A DNA stretch of 60,613 nt from a virus (lineage: Duplodnaviria; Caudoviricetes): positions 1 to 60,613 of the IMG/VR virus record IMGVR_UViG_3300037440_000098; one strand, written 5' to 3'. The notes under the pieces are model-generated. The model had not been told where the DNA came from and searched no databases. It worked only from the letters and a program-made list of their open reading frames with translations. Each line of letters opens with the position of its first letter. The first letter of the stretch is position 1. Positions 45,537 to 54,592 of this stretch are shown here, in pieces. The translations under genes and the position numbers were made by a program.

Positions 45537-47931
45537 GTTCTTGTCCCTTCTCCGCCTCAGCGGAATCACTACTGCTGAATGTCCGTCCGGCAGCGGGGAT
45601 TGCGCCGGGCTTCGCCTGCTGCTCATTGGAGTTTCCGATCCTATAGACCACCTTGTTGCGGCTCTCCACGCTAGTCCGCACTTCGCCCGCTTCCGAAAGA
45701 GCTTGGATGATCTCCTCGAACTGCTTGGGCCGCAGCTTGCCACGGAACTTCTTGTACAGCGAAGTCCATGTCATGCGTCCGTTCACCGCATCCAGGGTTG
45801 CGATCACGTCGTCCTGCTGGCGTTGCCAGCCAGACTCGCGGATACGGTTAGCGATGACGAGCATGTGGTGGAACCACTCCTCGCCCAGCTCGATGGCCTT
45901 GAGCATGTGGCGCATCTTCACTGTGGCGCTGGCCTCGGACATGGCCAGCAGGCAGGCGACCTTCAGTACGGACTTAGCCATACGGTCGGCCACCGGTTCA
46001 AGCATCTTCGCCATGTCGCTCTCGGCAGCAGCAGTACCGAGGTCCCAGGCGAAGTCGTTCAGCCTTTCCCACGCTTCCAGCTCGAACGGGATTCGGACTG
46101 GCTCACCTCGCTTGGTCCTGGCTTCCCAGAAAGACCTGATGGCCTTGAGTTCTTCCCTGATCTCCAGGTACTCAAGGTCATCTCGCTTGGTGGCGGTCGG
46201 CTGGAACTGCTCCATCCGCTCACCCTTGCGGGTGCGCTTGGGAGCGTCGGCGTAGACGTACAGGAATCGGGCCAGGAAGCCCGAGGCGAAGTCCGAAGGT
46301 TCCAGCGACTCGGTGACGTGGTCCGTCACACCCGACCAGTTCATGATGAAGTTGGTCGTTGTCGCAGGCTTCTTCTTCTTGTTGCCTCTCGTCCCTGCCG
46401 TACCCACACGCTTACGGATACGGACATGGCCGTCGTACAGCTCCGTGAAGTCCTCTCGCAGACCGGCCAGATAGCCCTTGGAGGATTCCTGCCCGAGCAG
46501 ACCGTGGACCTCGTCACGGTGGAACACGCTGGACCAGCCCGGCTTCTCGGACAGTTCCTCGGCCAGCGCCTCCGGCGTCACGTCGGAGCCGATGTCGTAG
46601 TCGTACTCCCCGGTCTGAAGGTCCCTCAGCAGCTTCAGCCACATGTGTCGAGCAGTGGACTTCCGAGACCGAGTAGTCCCACCGAGCACCAGGAACCACA
46701 GGTTCAGGCGTCCCATGTAGAACTTAGTCGGAGGAAGACCGAACTCCCCGAACACGGCGGACAACACCGTGAGGATGCCCGCCTTGTGGTACTGCTTGGC
46801 TGCATCGGTGATGGTTCCAGCCCACTGCACGTACCGATCCACCATGGTGTCGTCGGCCAGATGCTTTCGCTCCTCGGGCGACAGGAACAGGTGCATACGG
46901 ACGACCTCTCGGCCGTCGCGCGCTGCCTGCTCAGCATCCCGCATCATCAGGTGGCTCTCGATGCCAGCCTCGGTGATGGCTGGCTGGTTCTCAGGCTGCC
47001 CGTATGCCTTGCACAGCTCCCGCCACAGTTCCTCTGCGGGTCGGCCGTCCAGCCTGTACTTGCAGCAGCCTGCGTTCCAGGCCAGCGCCATCGCGCTGTA
47101 CCTGTCGATGCTACGTCGGGACAGCTCGGACAGCAGCCGCCACATCCGACCCGAGGCATCGAAGGGGATGCCGTCGTTGTACCGCTTTCCCTCCTCGTCT
47201 CGGTAGTTCGGCTCCAGGTAGTACAGATCCCGGAGGTCGGTGTTGATTACCAGGATTTCCTCGGCTTGCTCCCTGGTCGGCCAGGATGCCGGTGTGGGCA
47301 TCGGTCCGTACGCCGTGATCGGCATCTGAACCAGGTCGGCGGGGTACTTATCCCGCAGATCCTCGACATCGAACAGCTCACCGCTCGTGGTGGCCCGCAC
47401 GAAGTACGGTCCTGTGCCTCGCGGCTTGTTGTTCGTGGTGCCAGGGATACGGAGTAGCTGGCCCGCGTCCCATCCGCCCTTGTCACAGCCCTGTGACGCA
47501 TGAGCGTGAGAGATCGCCTTGCCGATCAGGCACAGCTCCGCACTGTTGTCCGTGGTCGTCTTCCAGAACAGATGGTGACGACCAGGGCTGGTCTCCATGG
47601 TGATGGTCGGCGTCACCAGGAACAGTTCTGGACCAGCGCCATCCGCGTCCGCATAGACCATGGTCTGGTGCTTGATGTTGCTTGCCCGGTTCGAGGCGTT
47701 GTTCTCGAACAAGGCCGGGATGACGTACAGATCCAGGGTGGAGTTGGCCAGTACGAAGGCGATCATCTCATTCCTGCGTTGCGGCCACTGGAACCAGTGA
47801 CGCTGCACAGGGCCATCTTTGTGGCCGAACCTACCGCCGGGGAATGTACGGATGCAGGCGAATCCGTGATCACTCCCAAACAGGAAGTCGAAGTACGCCC
47901 CCGCCAGAAGTGGTGTACCCGAGTCAGACAT
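45493..47931 (-). CDS. primase (RepB/AEP-like) fused to a helicase-like domain
   Basis: YADAD, ETSPGRHHLFW, LLRIPGTTNNK; LG.TTRSRKST, TPEAL, RDEV, SGFLARF. Confidence 0.82.
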   Translation of the reverse strand: MSDSGTPLLAGAYFDFLFGSDHGFACIRTFPGGRFGHKDGPVQRHWFQWPQRRNEMIAFVLANSTLDLYVIPALFENNASNRASNIKHQTMVYADADGAGPELFLVTPTITMETSPGRHHLFWKTTTDNSAELCLIGKAISHAHASQGCDKGGWDAGQLLRIPGTTNNKPRGTGPYFVRATTSGELFDVEDLRDKYPADLVQMPITAYGPMPTPASWPTREQAEEILVINTDLRDLYYLEPNYRDEEGKRYNDGIPFDASGRMWRLLSELSRRSIDRYSAMALAWNAGCCKYRLDGRPAEELWRELCKAYGQPENQPAITEAGIESHLMMRDAEQAARDGREVVRMHLFLSPEERKHLADDTMVDRYVQWAGTITDAAKQYHKAGILTVLSAVFGEFGLPPTKFYMGRLNLWFLVLGGTTRSRKSTARHMWLKLLRDLQTGEYDYDIGSDVTPEALAEELSEKPGWSSVFHRDEVHGLLGQESSKGYLAGLREDFTELYDGHVRIRKRVGTAGTRGNKKKKPATTTNFIMNWSGVTDHVTESLEPSDFASGFLARFLYVYADAPKRTRKGERMEQFQPTATKRDDLEYLEIREELKAIRSFWEARTKRGEPVRIPFELEAWERLNDFAWDLGTAAAESDMAKMLEPVADRMAKSVLKVACLLAMSEASATVKMRHMLKAIELGEEWFHHMLVIANRIRESGWQRQQDDVIATLDAVNGRMTWTSLYKKFRGKLRPKQFEEIIQALSEAGEVRTSVESRNKVVYRIGNSNEQQAKPGAIPAAGRTFSSSDSAEAEKGQEHGIGSFLGADDIPA

Positions 47932-47960
47932 CTACTCTCCTGATGAAGGCTGTGGAGTGC

Positions 47961-47995
47961 GAACGGGAGGCGACATAGGCTGCCGCCTCCCGTTC
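47961..47995 (-). terminator. hairpin / terminator upstream of the primase
   Basis: gaacgggaggcg...cgcctcccgttc. Confidence 0.55.
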
Positions 47996-48014
47996 ACGAC
48001 CGGCGTCGGTCAGG

Positions 48015-48227
48015 TCAGATGATGACCTTGTAGATCACCAGGGCCTCGCCCTCGTCCAGCTTCTCGATCTCACCGATCAAGCCCTGGACCATGGCCAGCT
48101 CCTCGTCCTCGCGGCTGTGGATGACCTCCGTGCTCTCACTGAGAGTGGAGGGGAAGACGGCCACGTCGGACATCGAGTCCCCGTCGCCGTCCACCACACC
48201 CGTCTTGTGGACGATGATGCGGCTCAC
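48015..48227 (-). CDS. hypothetical protein
   Basis: GTGA overlap; codon bias. Confidence 0.65.
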   Translation of the reverse strand: MSRIIVHKTGVVDGDGDSMSDVAVFPSTLSESTEVIHSREDEELAMVQGLIGEIEKLDEGEALVIYKVII

Positions 48228-48949
48228 GCGTCGCCCTTGAAGATGCCGGGTGCGCCCTGTGCCTTGGCCACGGCCTCGTGCTCGGCGACGGATCGGAACT
48301 CGTCCACGCTGACGAACGCGCGGGCGTGACCGGCGTCCAGTGCAGCCTTCTCCGACGAGAACTTGTCGAAGCTGCCGCTGACCGAGTAGTGGGTGACCTT
48401 GGCGTAGAACTCCAGGCCCTCCAGGGTCTTCGGCGACGGCATCACGTACGCGCCCTTGGGGATCTTCTTGCTCTCGGTGAAGATACCCCCCTCCTGGACC
48501 AGCTTGGCCAGCTCACCGGGGAACTGGTCCATGTCGGCCGCGTCGAAGAACGCGCCCTTCTGGAGGCTTTCCTTGGTCGGGGCGACCTCGGCCGCCTTGA
48601 AGACCGCGTACGCCGTGAAGAACGCGCCGTTGAAGAGGTTGGCGAAGACCGTGAACTTCCGGTTCTTGCCCCACTCCGCCGTCTCGTCCTGGTTGCGGAT
48701 GGTGATCTTGTACTTCGGCTTGCCGTAGTTCTTCTCGGACTTGACCATGCCAGGCTCGACCTCGTACACGGCCACCCGGAGCCAGGTGCCGACCGGGATC
48801 GCCGGGTACCGGCCGTCCGTCAGGTCGTCGTCGGTGAGGTTGAGGGTGAAGCCCCCGCCCACGGCCGCCGTCGCTGCCCCATCCGAGGCCACCGGGGCAG
48901 AAGCCGTCGCACCGAAGAACGCGCCGTCGTCCTTGAACTGCTCGCTCAT
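48224..48949 (-). CDS. putative ssDNA-binding protein
   Basis: YPAIPVG.W....V.EVE...KSEKN.GKP pattern; position in replication module; strong codon bias. Confidence 0.5.
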   Translation of the reverse strand: MSEQFKDDGAFFGATASAPVASDGAATAAVGGGFTLNLTDDDLTDGRYPAIPVGTWLRVAVYEVEPGMVKSEKNYGKPKYKITIRNQDETAEWGKNRKFTVFANLFNGAFFTAYAVFKAAEVAPTKESLQKGAFFDAADMDQFPGELAKLVQEGGIFTESKKIPKGAYVMPSPKTLEGLEFYAKVTHYSVSGSFDKFSSEKAALDAGHARAFVSVDEFRSVAEHEAVAKAQGAPGIFKGDA

Positions 48950-49004
48950 ACTGCTTTCTCCATCTCTCGTACTTCTGTGTGATGTTGCGTGGGTTTCCCC
49001 ACCC

Positions 49005-49700
49005 TCAGCGCAGCATTCCCAGTGTCGCCATCTTGCAGACGAAGCAATCGGTATGTGAGCTGAAGTCTGATTCCCCGGCCTGGAGCTTAGCCCAGATGGC
49101 TTCGGCTCGGGCCAGGGCGTTGAGGGCGATCTGCTCGTCGTATTCGGCAGTCGCTACCCAGATGTTGTCCGGGTTGTTGTTGTCCCGAGGGATGTAGGTG
49201 AGCGCAGCGTAGTCCGCCTTGCGCCCTGCCTTCCGGAGCCCGTATCCATACAGCATGAGCTGCACCACGTGCTTCCACGGAGGTCCATCGAGCTTGTACT
49301 TCTTCAGGTCATCGACCTTGCACGACTTGTAGTCGTTCCAGATTCCCAGCAACAGGAACTGTACGTCGATGTGTCCATTGATCCTGCCGTAGCCGGGGAT
49401 CTCATGGATGAAGACCTTCTCCTCGCAGAGATACATCTCGGGAGGGAGGTCTATGTCCTTCTCCAGCTTCTCGTGCATGGATGTACCAACCCATGCGCTG
49501 AGGGAGAAGCCGGACTCACGTCCCTGTCCTACAGCCAGTGGGCCATGTCGGGCCATCTTGCTGGCAAGGCATAGGTCGCAGGGGTCGCCCAGATCTGACG
49601 GACCGACAGATGACTGCCTGTCGCGCGCCGACTGCTTCATGATGATCGCGCGCGTCGTGTCCCGAACGAACTGGCGGGCGTAGTCAATACCTTCCATCAC
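49005..49700 (-). CDS. Cas4-like PD-(D/E)XK exonuclease
   Basis: GPSDLG.PC..C, GTSMH, GHID, DYKS, QLMLYG, C..C. Confidence 0.82.
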   Translation of the reverse strand: MMEGIDYARQFVRDTTRAIIMKQSARDRQSSVGPSDLGDPCDLCLASKMARHGPLAVGQGRESGFSLSAWVGTSMHEKLEKDIDLPPEMYLCEEKVFIHEIPGYGRINGHIDVQFLLLGIWNDYKSCKVDDLKKYKLDGPPWKHVVQLMLYGYGLRKAGRKADYAALTYIPRDNNNPDNIWVATAEYDEQIALNALARAEAIWAKLQAGESDFSSHTDCFVCKMATLGMLR

Positions 49701-50113
49701 TTACCTGTCTTCCGAACCCGGTCACAGGTCCGGCAATGCCGGGCACCCTTGTAGACACGAGTGTTCTTCTCGGTGAACTCGTGGCCATGACGACAATGCG
49801 TCCTGGTCTTCCTTGTACGTTTCCTGTTCTTCCAGGAAAGTCGGATGTTCTCCGAATGGGTGACCGGCTTCAGGTGGCCAGGATTTACACAGGCGCGGTT
49901 CTCGCAGGTGTGATGCAGTTCCATGCCTTCAGGCACGAGGCCCATCAAGGACTCATACGAGACGATGTGGGCACGACGAGCCCGCCGCCGCAGCGTGAGC
50001 TGTCCATATCCGTCTCGGTCAGTGTTGGCGGTCCACGCCGTGCAGCCGTTACCGGCCAGTACGTTGACCTTCGACCAGAAGCGCGTGGCCTCGACATCTG
50101 TGAGCACAAGCAA
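49697..50113 (-). CDS. HNH homing endonuclease
   Basis: RFWSKV..GC..W..DGYG, AH, LHHTCENRACVNPGHL.PVTHSEN, THCRHGHEF. Confidence 0.9.
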   Translation of the reverse strand: MLVLTDVEATRFWSKVNVLAGNGCTAWTANTDRDGYGQLTLRRRARRAHIVSYESLMGLVPEGMELHHTCENRACVNPGHLKPVTHSENIRLSWKNRKRTRKTRTHCRHGHEFTEKNTRVYKGARHCRTCDRVRKTGK

Positions 50114-50147
50114 GTGAGATCCCCTTCACCTCTGAGCTGGTGAAGAG

Positions 50148-50170
50148 AGTCTACCCCGAGGTGCCGACAA
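50148..50170 (-). promoter_or_regulatory. PafBC/RecA-NDp-type promoter
   Basis: TGTCGG-N10-TAGACT on the minus strand. Confidence 0.6.
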
Positions 50171-50178
50171 CGCAGAGA

Positions 50179-50209
50179 AGGGCGGTCCGCCGTGGTCGGC
50201 AGCCGCCCT
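50179..50209 (-). terminator. terminator-like hairpin preceding the promoter
   Basis: agggcgg...ccgccct; shares a 16-bp core with 58855-58880. Confidence 0.55.
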
Positions 50210-50228
50210 GTTCGCTCTCAGCGAACAC

Positions 50229-50696
50229 TCACCTTCCGGGGCAGGCCGCAGCAACGCGGCCCTCCACCAGCCAGCAGTGAGGTCCATGTGATGTGGTGTC
50301 CGGACACTGCATGTCCGCCTCCGGCTTCTGTACTGAGATGACGAAGTCCGGACCACAGTCGTGTCCGAACTGAACCATGGGGTTGCATCCGCAGTTCCGG
50401 CCAGGGATGTTGTGATCCCTGATCGTGACCAGGATGTCGGCCATACTCACGTGGTCCTGGAAGTTCTCCATCCAGTCCGGCATACGACCGCACTTGGCGC
50501 AGACGATACCGATCTGCCCCTCGTCGATGCTGAGACGGAAGGGAGGACCACCCTCGCAGGCACAGGGCTGGTACTCGGGCGGGTCGATCGGTGAATCTTC
50601 CAGAGGAAAGAAGAACTCTCCCCGGCCGTATTCGGCCGTGTCATACGGATCGAGCCCAGGGTGATGCTTCTCGAAGATCTCATCGAAGTGGGACAT
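50229..50696 (-). CDS. Cys-rich hypothetical protein
   Basis: Multiple Cys pairs; TGATG coupling. Confidence 0.65.
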   Translation of the reverse strand: MSHFDEIFEKHHPGLDPYDTAEYGRGEFFFPLEDSPIDPPEYQPCACEGGPPFRLSIDEGQIGIVCAKCGRMPDWMENFQDHVSMADILVTIRDHNIPGRNCGCNPMVQFGHDCGPDFVISVQKPEADMQCPDTTSHGPHCWLVEGRVAAACPGR

Positions 50697-50896
50697 CAGA
50701 AGAGTAGGTCCCCTTCCTCGTCCACCGGAATGCCGTCGATGGTGGAGCTGATGTCGATGTCGCCCATCATGTCCAGGATCTTGCCATGCGCCTCCGTGAA
50801 CTTCTCCTTGTGGTCTTCCCCGGCCTTGGTGGTGAAGCGAACTACGATCACGATCTCGTGGCCGTCGTCCTCTTCCTCCATCTCGTCAAAGTCCAT
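50696..50896 (-). CDS. small acidic hypothetical protein
   Basis: SD GAGGGG; codon bias. Confidence 0.7.
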   Translation of the reverse strand: MDFDEMEEEDDGHEIVIVVRFTTKAGEDHKEKFTEAHGKILDMMGDIDISSTIDGIPVDEEGDLLF

Positions 50897-51224
50897 GGCT
50901 TCCCCTCGTCACGGGGCAGACCTGCTTGGCCTGCCCCCACTCGCGAAGCTGATCGTCGGACATGACCGACAGCTCCGCTATCTTTGACCGAAGCTGGGCT
51001 CGCTTGAGATCATCTCCCGAGCCCACCTTCCTTGCCTCGCTGCTGACCTCCATGACGGAGATCAGGGTGTCGATGACCTGAGCACCGGACCGCGCAGCGT
51101 CATCGCAGGGTGATTCCTCCTGCGCGACATGGACGACAAGCATCCACAGCAGGCCGATCACCACCCCTACAGCGAGTCCGATGGCGACGCCCAGCTTGAT
51201 GCTCATCTTGCGCGGTCCGCTCAT
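50886..51224 (-). CDS. single-TM membrane protein
   Basis: LGVAIGLAVGVVIGLLWMLVV. Confidence 0.7.
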   Translation of the reverse strand: MSGPRKMSIKLGVAIGLAVGVVIGLLWMLVVHVAQEESPCDDAARSGAQVIDTLISVMEVSSEARKVGSGDDLKRAQLRSKIAELSVMSDDQLREWGQAKQVCPVTRGSHGL

Positions 51225-51227
51225 GAC

Positions 51228-51584
51228 CTACTCCTCGACGGTGATCGTGATGGCGTTGTCGTACTTCTTGCGGGTCTGCTCGTACTCGGCCTTGCTCAGC
51301 ACCGCCTTGGCCAGGGTGGAATCCGGCTTGGCGATGCAGATCTTCTTGTACTTGGCCGGGGGCAGAACCTCCTCGGCCAGTCCGGCGTCGAACCGCAGGG
51401 TCGGGGCGACCTTGATGCGGATCTTGCCGAAGGCGTGCGGCGTACGTCCGGACAGGGGCAGCCGCTTACGCAGCTCCGCCTTGGCGGTGTCGGCCAGCTT
51501 CTTGGCCTTCTCGGCCTCCAGCGCCAGACGGAAGGCCATGTTGGCCACCTCGGCGTCGGTGTTCTTCGTGAAGTCGATGTCCAT
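51228..51584 (-). CDS. hypothetical basic protein
   Basis: Strong codon bias; SD AGAAGGG. Confidence 0.75.
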   Translation of the reverse strand: MDIDFTKNTDAEVANMAFRLALEAEKAKKLADTAKAELRKRLPLSGRTPHAFGKIRIKVAPTLRFDAGLAEEVLPPAKYKKICIAKPDSTLAKAVLSKAEYEQTRKKYDNAITITVEE

Positions 51585-51593
51585 GGGTGTTGT

Positions 51594-52118
51594 TCAGCCC
51601 TTCTTGATCTCGATGTGCTTGGTGGCCTTGACCCCGTTGCCGTCCTTCTCCGTGTAGGACACGAAGAACCTGTCGATGGCGAACAGGGTGCGGGCCTTGA
51701 TGGTCCACAGCATCTGCTTGGGGTCGGCGGGCCAGCCACCGGGGATGGTGATGTGCGGCACGAACGGGTAGAGGTCGTCCACGTTCATCTCGTTGGCGGC
51801 GAGACGCTGCATGATGCGCTCCCGCTCGGTGTAGATGGTGTGGTTCCCGATGCGGGGGATCGGCGGCGACACGAGGATGACATCCACGTGGTCCCCGTCC
51901 GCGTTCATCCACCGCGCCGTTCCGTGTGCCTCGGACAGGATGGGCTCGTACGGCATGTTGTGGTACGAGACCTTGGAGGTCATGGCCTCCGCCACCTGCT
52001 CCGGGTCCACGTCGCCCAGGTAGGCCATCGTGATGTGGCACTCGTCCGTCCGGCTGTCGATCAGACCGGGGATGTGCAGGCTCGGCCGCGCTTCGATCCA
52101 GGTACCGATTCTAACCAT
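51594..52118 (-). CDS. 2H phosphoesterase (LigT/Acb1 superfamily)
   Basis: Two HxT motifs, CHITMAYLG and FVPHITI; ATG 52118 behind GAGGGAAGGA. Confidence 0.78.
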   Translation of the reverse strand: MVRIGTWIEARPSLHIPGLIDSRTDECHITMAYLGDVDPEQVAEAMTSKVSYHNMPYEPILSEAHGTARWMNADGDHVDVILVSPPIPRIGNHTIYTERERIMQRLAANEMNVDDLYPFVPHITIPGGWPADPKQMLWTIKARTLFAIDRFFVSYTEKDGNGVKATKHIEIKKG

Positions 52119-52131
52119 GTCCTTCCCTCGC

Positions 52132-52689
52132 TTACTGTCCTGAGTGCTGGGCCGGTCGGCCCGTGTGCGTGGCCGGGGCTCCGCCGAAGGGCTCACCCTG
52201 GAGCGTACGCACGTCGTGCTGGCCCGTCTCGCCGCCGTTCGGCGTGTCCGTGGCCTGAGCTGCCGTGTTCTGCACAGCAGCCGCAGAGACGAGCCTCTGT
52301 GCCTCCCGCAGCCGGAAGGCGTGGCGCGTCTGCCGGTCGATCTCGGTACTCACCGAGTCCGCCGCATCTTCCAGACGCTTGGCGTACTGGAGCGCCTGCC
52401 CTGCACCCATCTCGACCACCGGCGTACCGATGACCTCGTAGATGGAGCGGATGATGTCCGAGCTACCCCGGTCGGCGACCGACATACCTCGGGCCTCGAC
52501 CACGGCGACCGCGTCCAGGTCGCGCAGCATGTCGAGCACCCACTCAGGGTTGCGCGTGGCTGCCGTCGCCAGGGTCAGCAGCACCGACGACACGATGTCG
52601 TCATGGTCTACGTAGATGGGCGGCTCGTTGCCCTGCACCATGATCTGGGGCAGGCCAACCGATCTGTGGTTACTGTTCGGTTCCGACAC
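52132..52689 (-). CDS. hypothetical protein
   Basis: SD GAGGAG; codon bias. Confidence 0.7.
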   Translation of the reverse strand: MSEPNSNHRSVGLPQIMVQGNEPPIYVDHDDIVSSVLLTLATAATRNPEWVLDMLRDLDAVAVVEARGMSVADRGSSDIIRSIYEVIGTPVVEMGAGQALQYAKRLEDAADSVSTEIDRQTRHAFRLREAQRLVSAAAVQNTAAQATDTPNGGETGQHDVRTLQGEPFGGAPATHTGRPAQHSGQ

Positions 52690-54274
52690 GGTAGAAGCTC
52701 CTCATCTCTACGCGGTTCTCATCGGTACGGATGTAGACACCCTTGTCGATGGTGCCTCGGGACTGGATATACCACCGGTTGACCATCCTCTCCTGCCCCG
52801 TGCGGAGCAGTCGAGCCTTGGCCTGCTCGTTCATGAGGTTGTTGTCGTCCTGGCTAAGCCAGACCTCATTGGCACAGACGCGCTGAAGGCCGTCCGTACC
52901 TTCGGCGACAGCACCGATCACGGCCACGATGATCTGCGGACCGTTCGGCTTCCCGAAGGTGTCCATGATCTTCCGCCGCTGCGGCTGTGACGTGTCGCCA
53001 GACCAGATCACGGCGCGCTTACCGAGCTGGTGTTGTACCGGGACAGCGAAGCGCTTGCTGTGGAGGTAGACCATGACCGGCTCACCATCAGGCAGGTCAG
53101 CCAGGATCTCCTTCAACGCCTCGATCTTGGAGGACTTCGAGTTGGGCCGGAAGTACACTTCCAGCTTCTCCTCGATCTCCTCCGTGATGACTGTCTCGAC
53201 TACGTCATCCCATTTCTCATCAAGGACGTTGTCGTCCTCGTCTCGGGTGACCTCGACCAGCTTGCGCTTGGTCACCTCCATGGGCTTGCGCTTGACCTTC
53301 TCCACCACCACGGCGGATGGCGTACCGAGGGCGACCTGCCTGAGCCGGATACGCTGCGTGATGGGCAGCGGTGTACCGACAGGCATGTCTTCCAGCCAGG
53401 CGAAGGCTTGGTCCTTGAAGTCCTTGTAGATCTTGGACTGCTTCGGACCCATCTCCACCTCGACCACGTGCTCAGCCAGCGGCGGAAGCTGAGCCACGTC
53501 CTCCAGCTCCAGCCTGGTGTAGCTGGGGATGTCACGGATGGTGGACCCCGGCTCGACTTCGCCCTCGATGGCGATCTTCTTGTACGGGTCGGGCCTGGTG
53601 ATCATGGTCTCGTTGATCCATGGCCAGAAGTACGGATACTTCGCAGGCCACAGCCAGTTGAGCGTGGACCACAGCCCCTCCTTGCGGTTGCCCGCAGGAG
53701 TACCGGACATGGCCAGCCGACGAACCGTGTCGATGTGCTTCAGCACCTTGGCCGACATCGATTTGCGGTTCTGCATCCGATGGCACTCGTCAGCCACGAC
53801 CAGGTCGAACGTGCCCGCGAGTTGCCACGGTGGCACGTGGCTGATCTCTCCAACCACATCCCCGGCTGGGTCCTTGACCTTCTCGACCCATCCATGCATG
53901 GCCTCCCACCCGATGATGTACACACCACCGAGCTTGAAGCTGGAGGTCAGTCGCTTCCAGTTGGGTTCGTCAGATGATGGTGTACCGACGATGAACACCG
54001 CCGTACCCGGCATCTGCCGCTTGATGGTGTACTCCCACGAATGGTGGGTGTTGATGGGAGCGACCACCAATGCCCGGAGTCGGCCGGGCAATTCCGTCTC
54101 GACGCCGTTGATCTCCTTGATCCTGGGCGTCTCCTGGATCTGTCGCATCAGCTCCACAGCAAGAAGGGTCTTGCCGGTTCCCATTCCCCACGCCACCAAG
54201 GACGATCGGAACTGTGAAACCTGGTCAAGACCCTTTTGCTGGTAGCTTCTGAGCTTCAGAGGCTCGTCAGCCAC
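52670..54274 (-). CDS. SNF2-like superfamily 2 helicase
   Basis: LRSYQ, MGTGKT, LVVAP, DECH, MSGTP, EGTDGLQ, Q...RL.R.GQ. Confidence 0.9.
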   Translation of the reverse strand: MADEPLKLRSYQQKGLDQVSQFRSSLVAWGMGTGKTLLAVELMRQIQETPRIKEINGVETELPGRLRALVVAPINTHHSWEYTIKRQMPGTAVFIVGTPSSDEPNWKRLTSSFKLGGVYIIGWEAMHGWVEKVKDPAGDVVGEISHVPPWQLAGTFDLVVADECHRMQNRKSMSAKVLKHIDTVRRLAMSGTPAGNRKEGLWSTLNWLWPAKYPYFWPWINETMITRPDPYKKIAIEGEVEPGSTIRDIPSYTRLELEDVAQLPPLAEHVVEVEMGPKQSKIYKDFKDQAFAWLEDMPVGTPLPITQRIRLRQVALGTPSAVVVEKVKRKPMEVTKRKLVEVTRDEDDNVLDEKWDDVVETVITEEIEEKLEVYFRPNSKSSKIEALKEILADLPDGEPVMVYLHSKRFAVPVQHQLGKRAVIWSGDTSQPQRRKIMDTFGKPNGPQIIVAVIGAVAEGTDGLQRVCANEVWLSQDDNNLMNEQAKARLLRTGQERMVNRWYIQSRGTIDKGVYIRTDENRVEMRSFYRVGTEQ

Positions 54275-54579
54275 TCCAACATGCCTTTCTCTCGGAGCCC
54301 GGCGTCCACGTCCACCCATCGGTGCGCGGCCGTCTGCTCGTTCCAACCCTTCAGGTCGGCGTACCACTGCCGCCAGGCGGGGAGGGTGGAGGTGGACCAC
54401 CCGTACGTCTTCTTCGTCTCGCCCTTGACCTGCTGCTGTGCCAGTACGACCGTGGGGTCAGGCACACGGGCCTCGCTTCTGGTCTCCGGACCGTGGCGCA
54501 TGAGCCACTGGTACACAGCCGTCCGCTCCACGCCGCAGTAGTCCGCGATCGTCTGGATTCCGATGTAGTTGTCCGGCAT
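54256..54579 (-). CDS. HTH DNA-binding protein
   Basis: IGIQTIADYCGVERTAVYQWLMR. Confidence 0.72.
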   Translation of the reverse strand: MPDNYIGIQTIADYCGVERTAVYQWLMRHGPETRSEARVPDPTVVLAQQQVKGETKKTYGWSTSTLPAWRQWYADLKGWNEQTAAHRWVDVDAGLREKGMLEWLTSL

Positions 54580-54592
54580 GTCCTGCCTTTCG

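Noticed and set aside
42872-47457. Long plus-strand ORFs (677 aa, 664 aa) and similar antisense ORFs elsewhere, e.g. 31313-33190 and 13197-14576
   Set aside because: Shadow ORFs caused by high-GC codon bias opposite well-supported genes.
49005-49700. Cas4 as evidence of a CRISPR-Cas system
   Set aside because: Stand-alone Cas4-like exonucleases are common in phage replication modules; no cas1, cas2 or array is present.
54256-54579. Excisionase or repressor of a lysogeny module
   Set aside because: No tyrosine or serine integrase and no parAB were found; it is called only an HTH protein.
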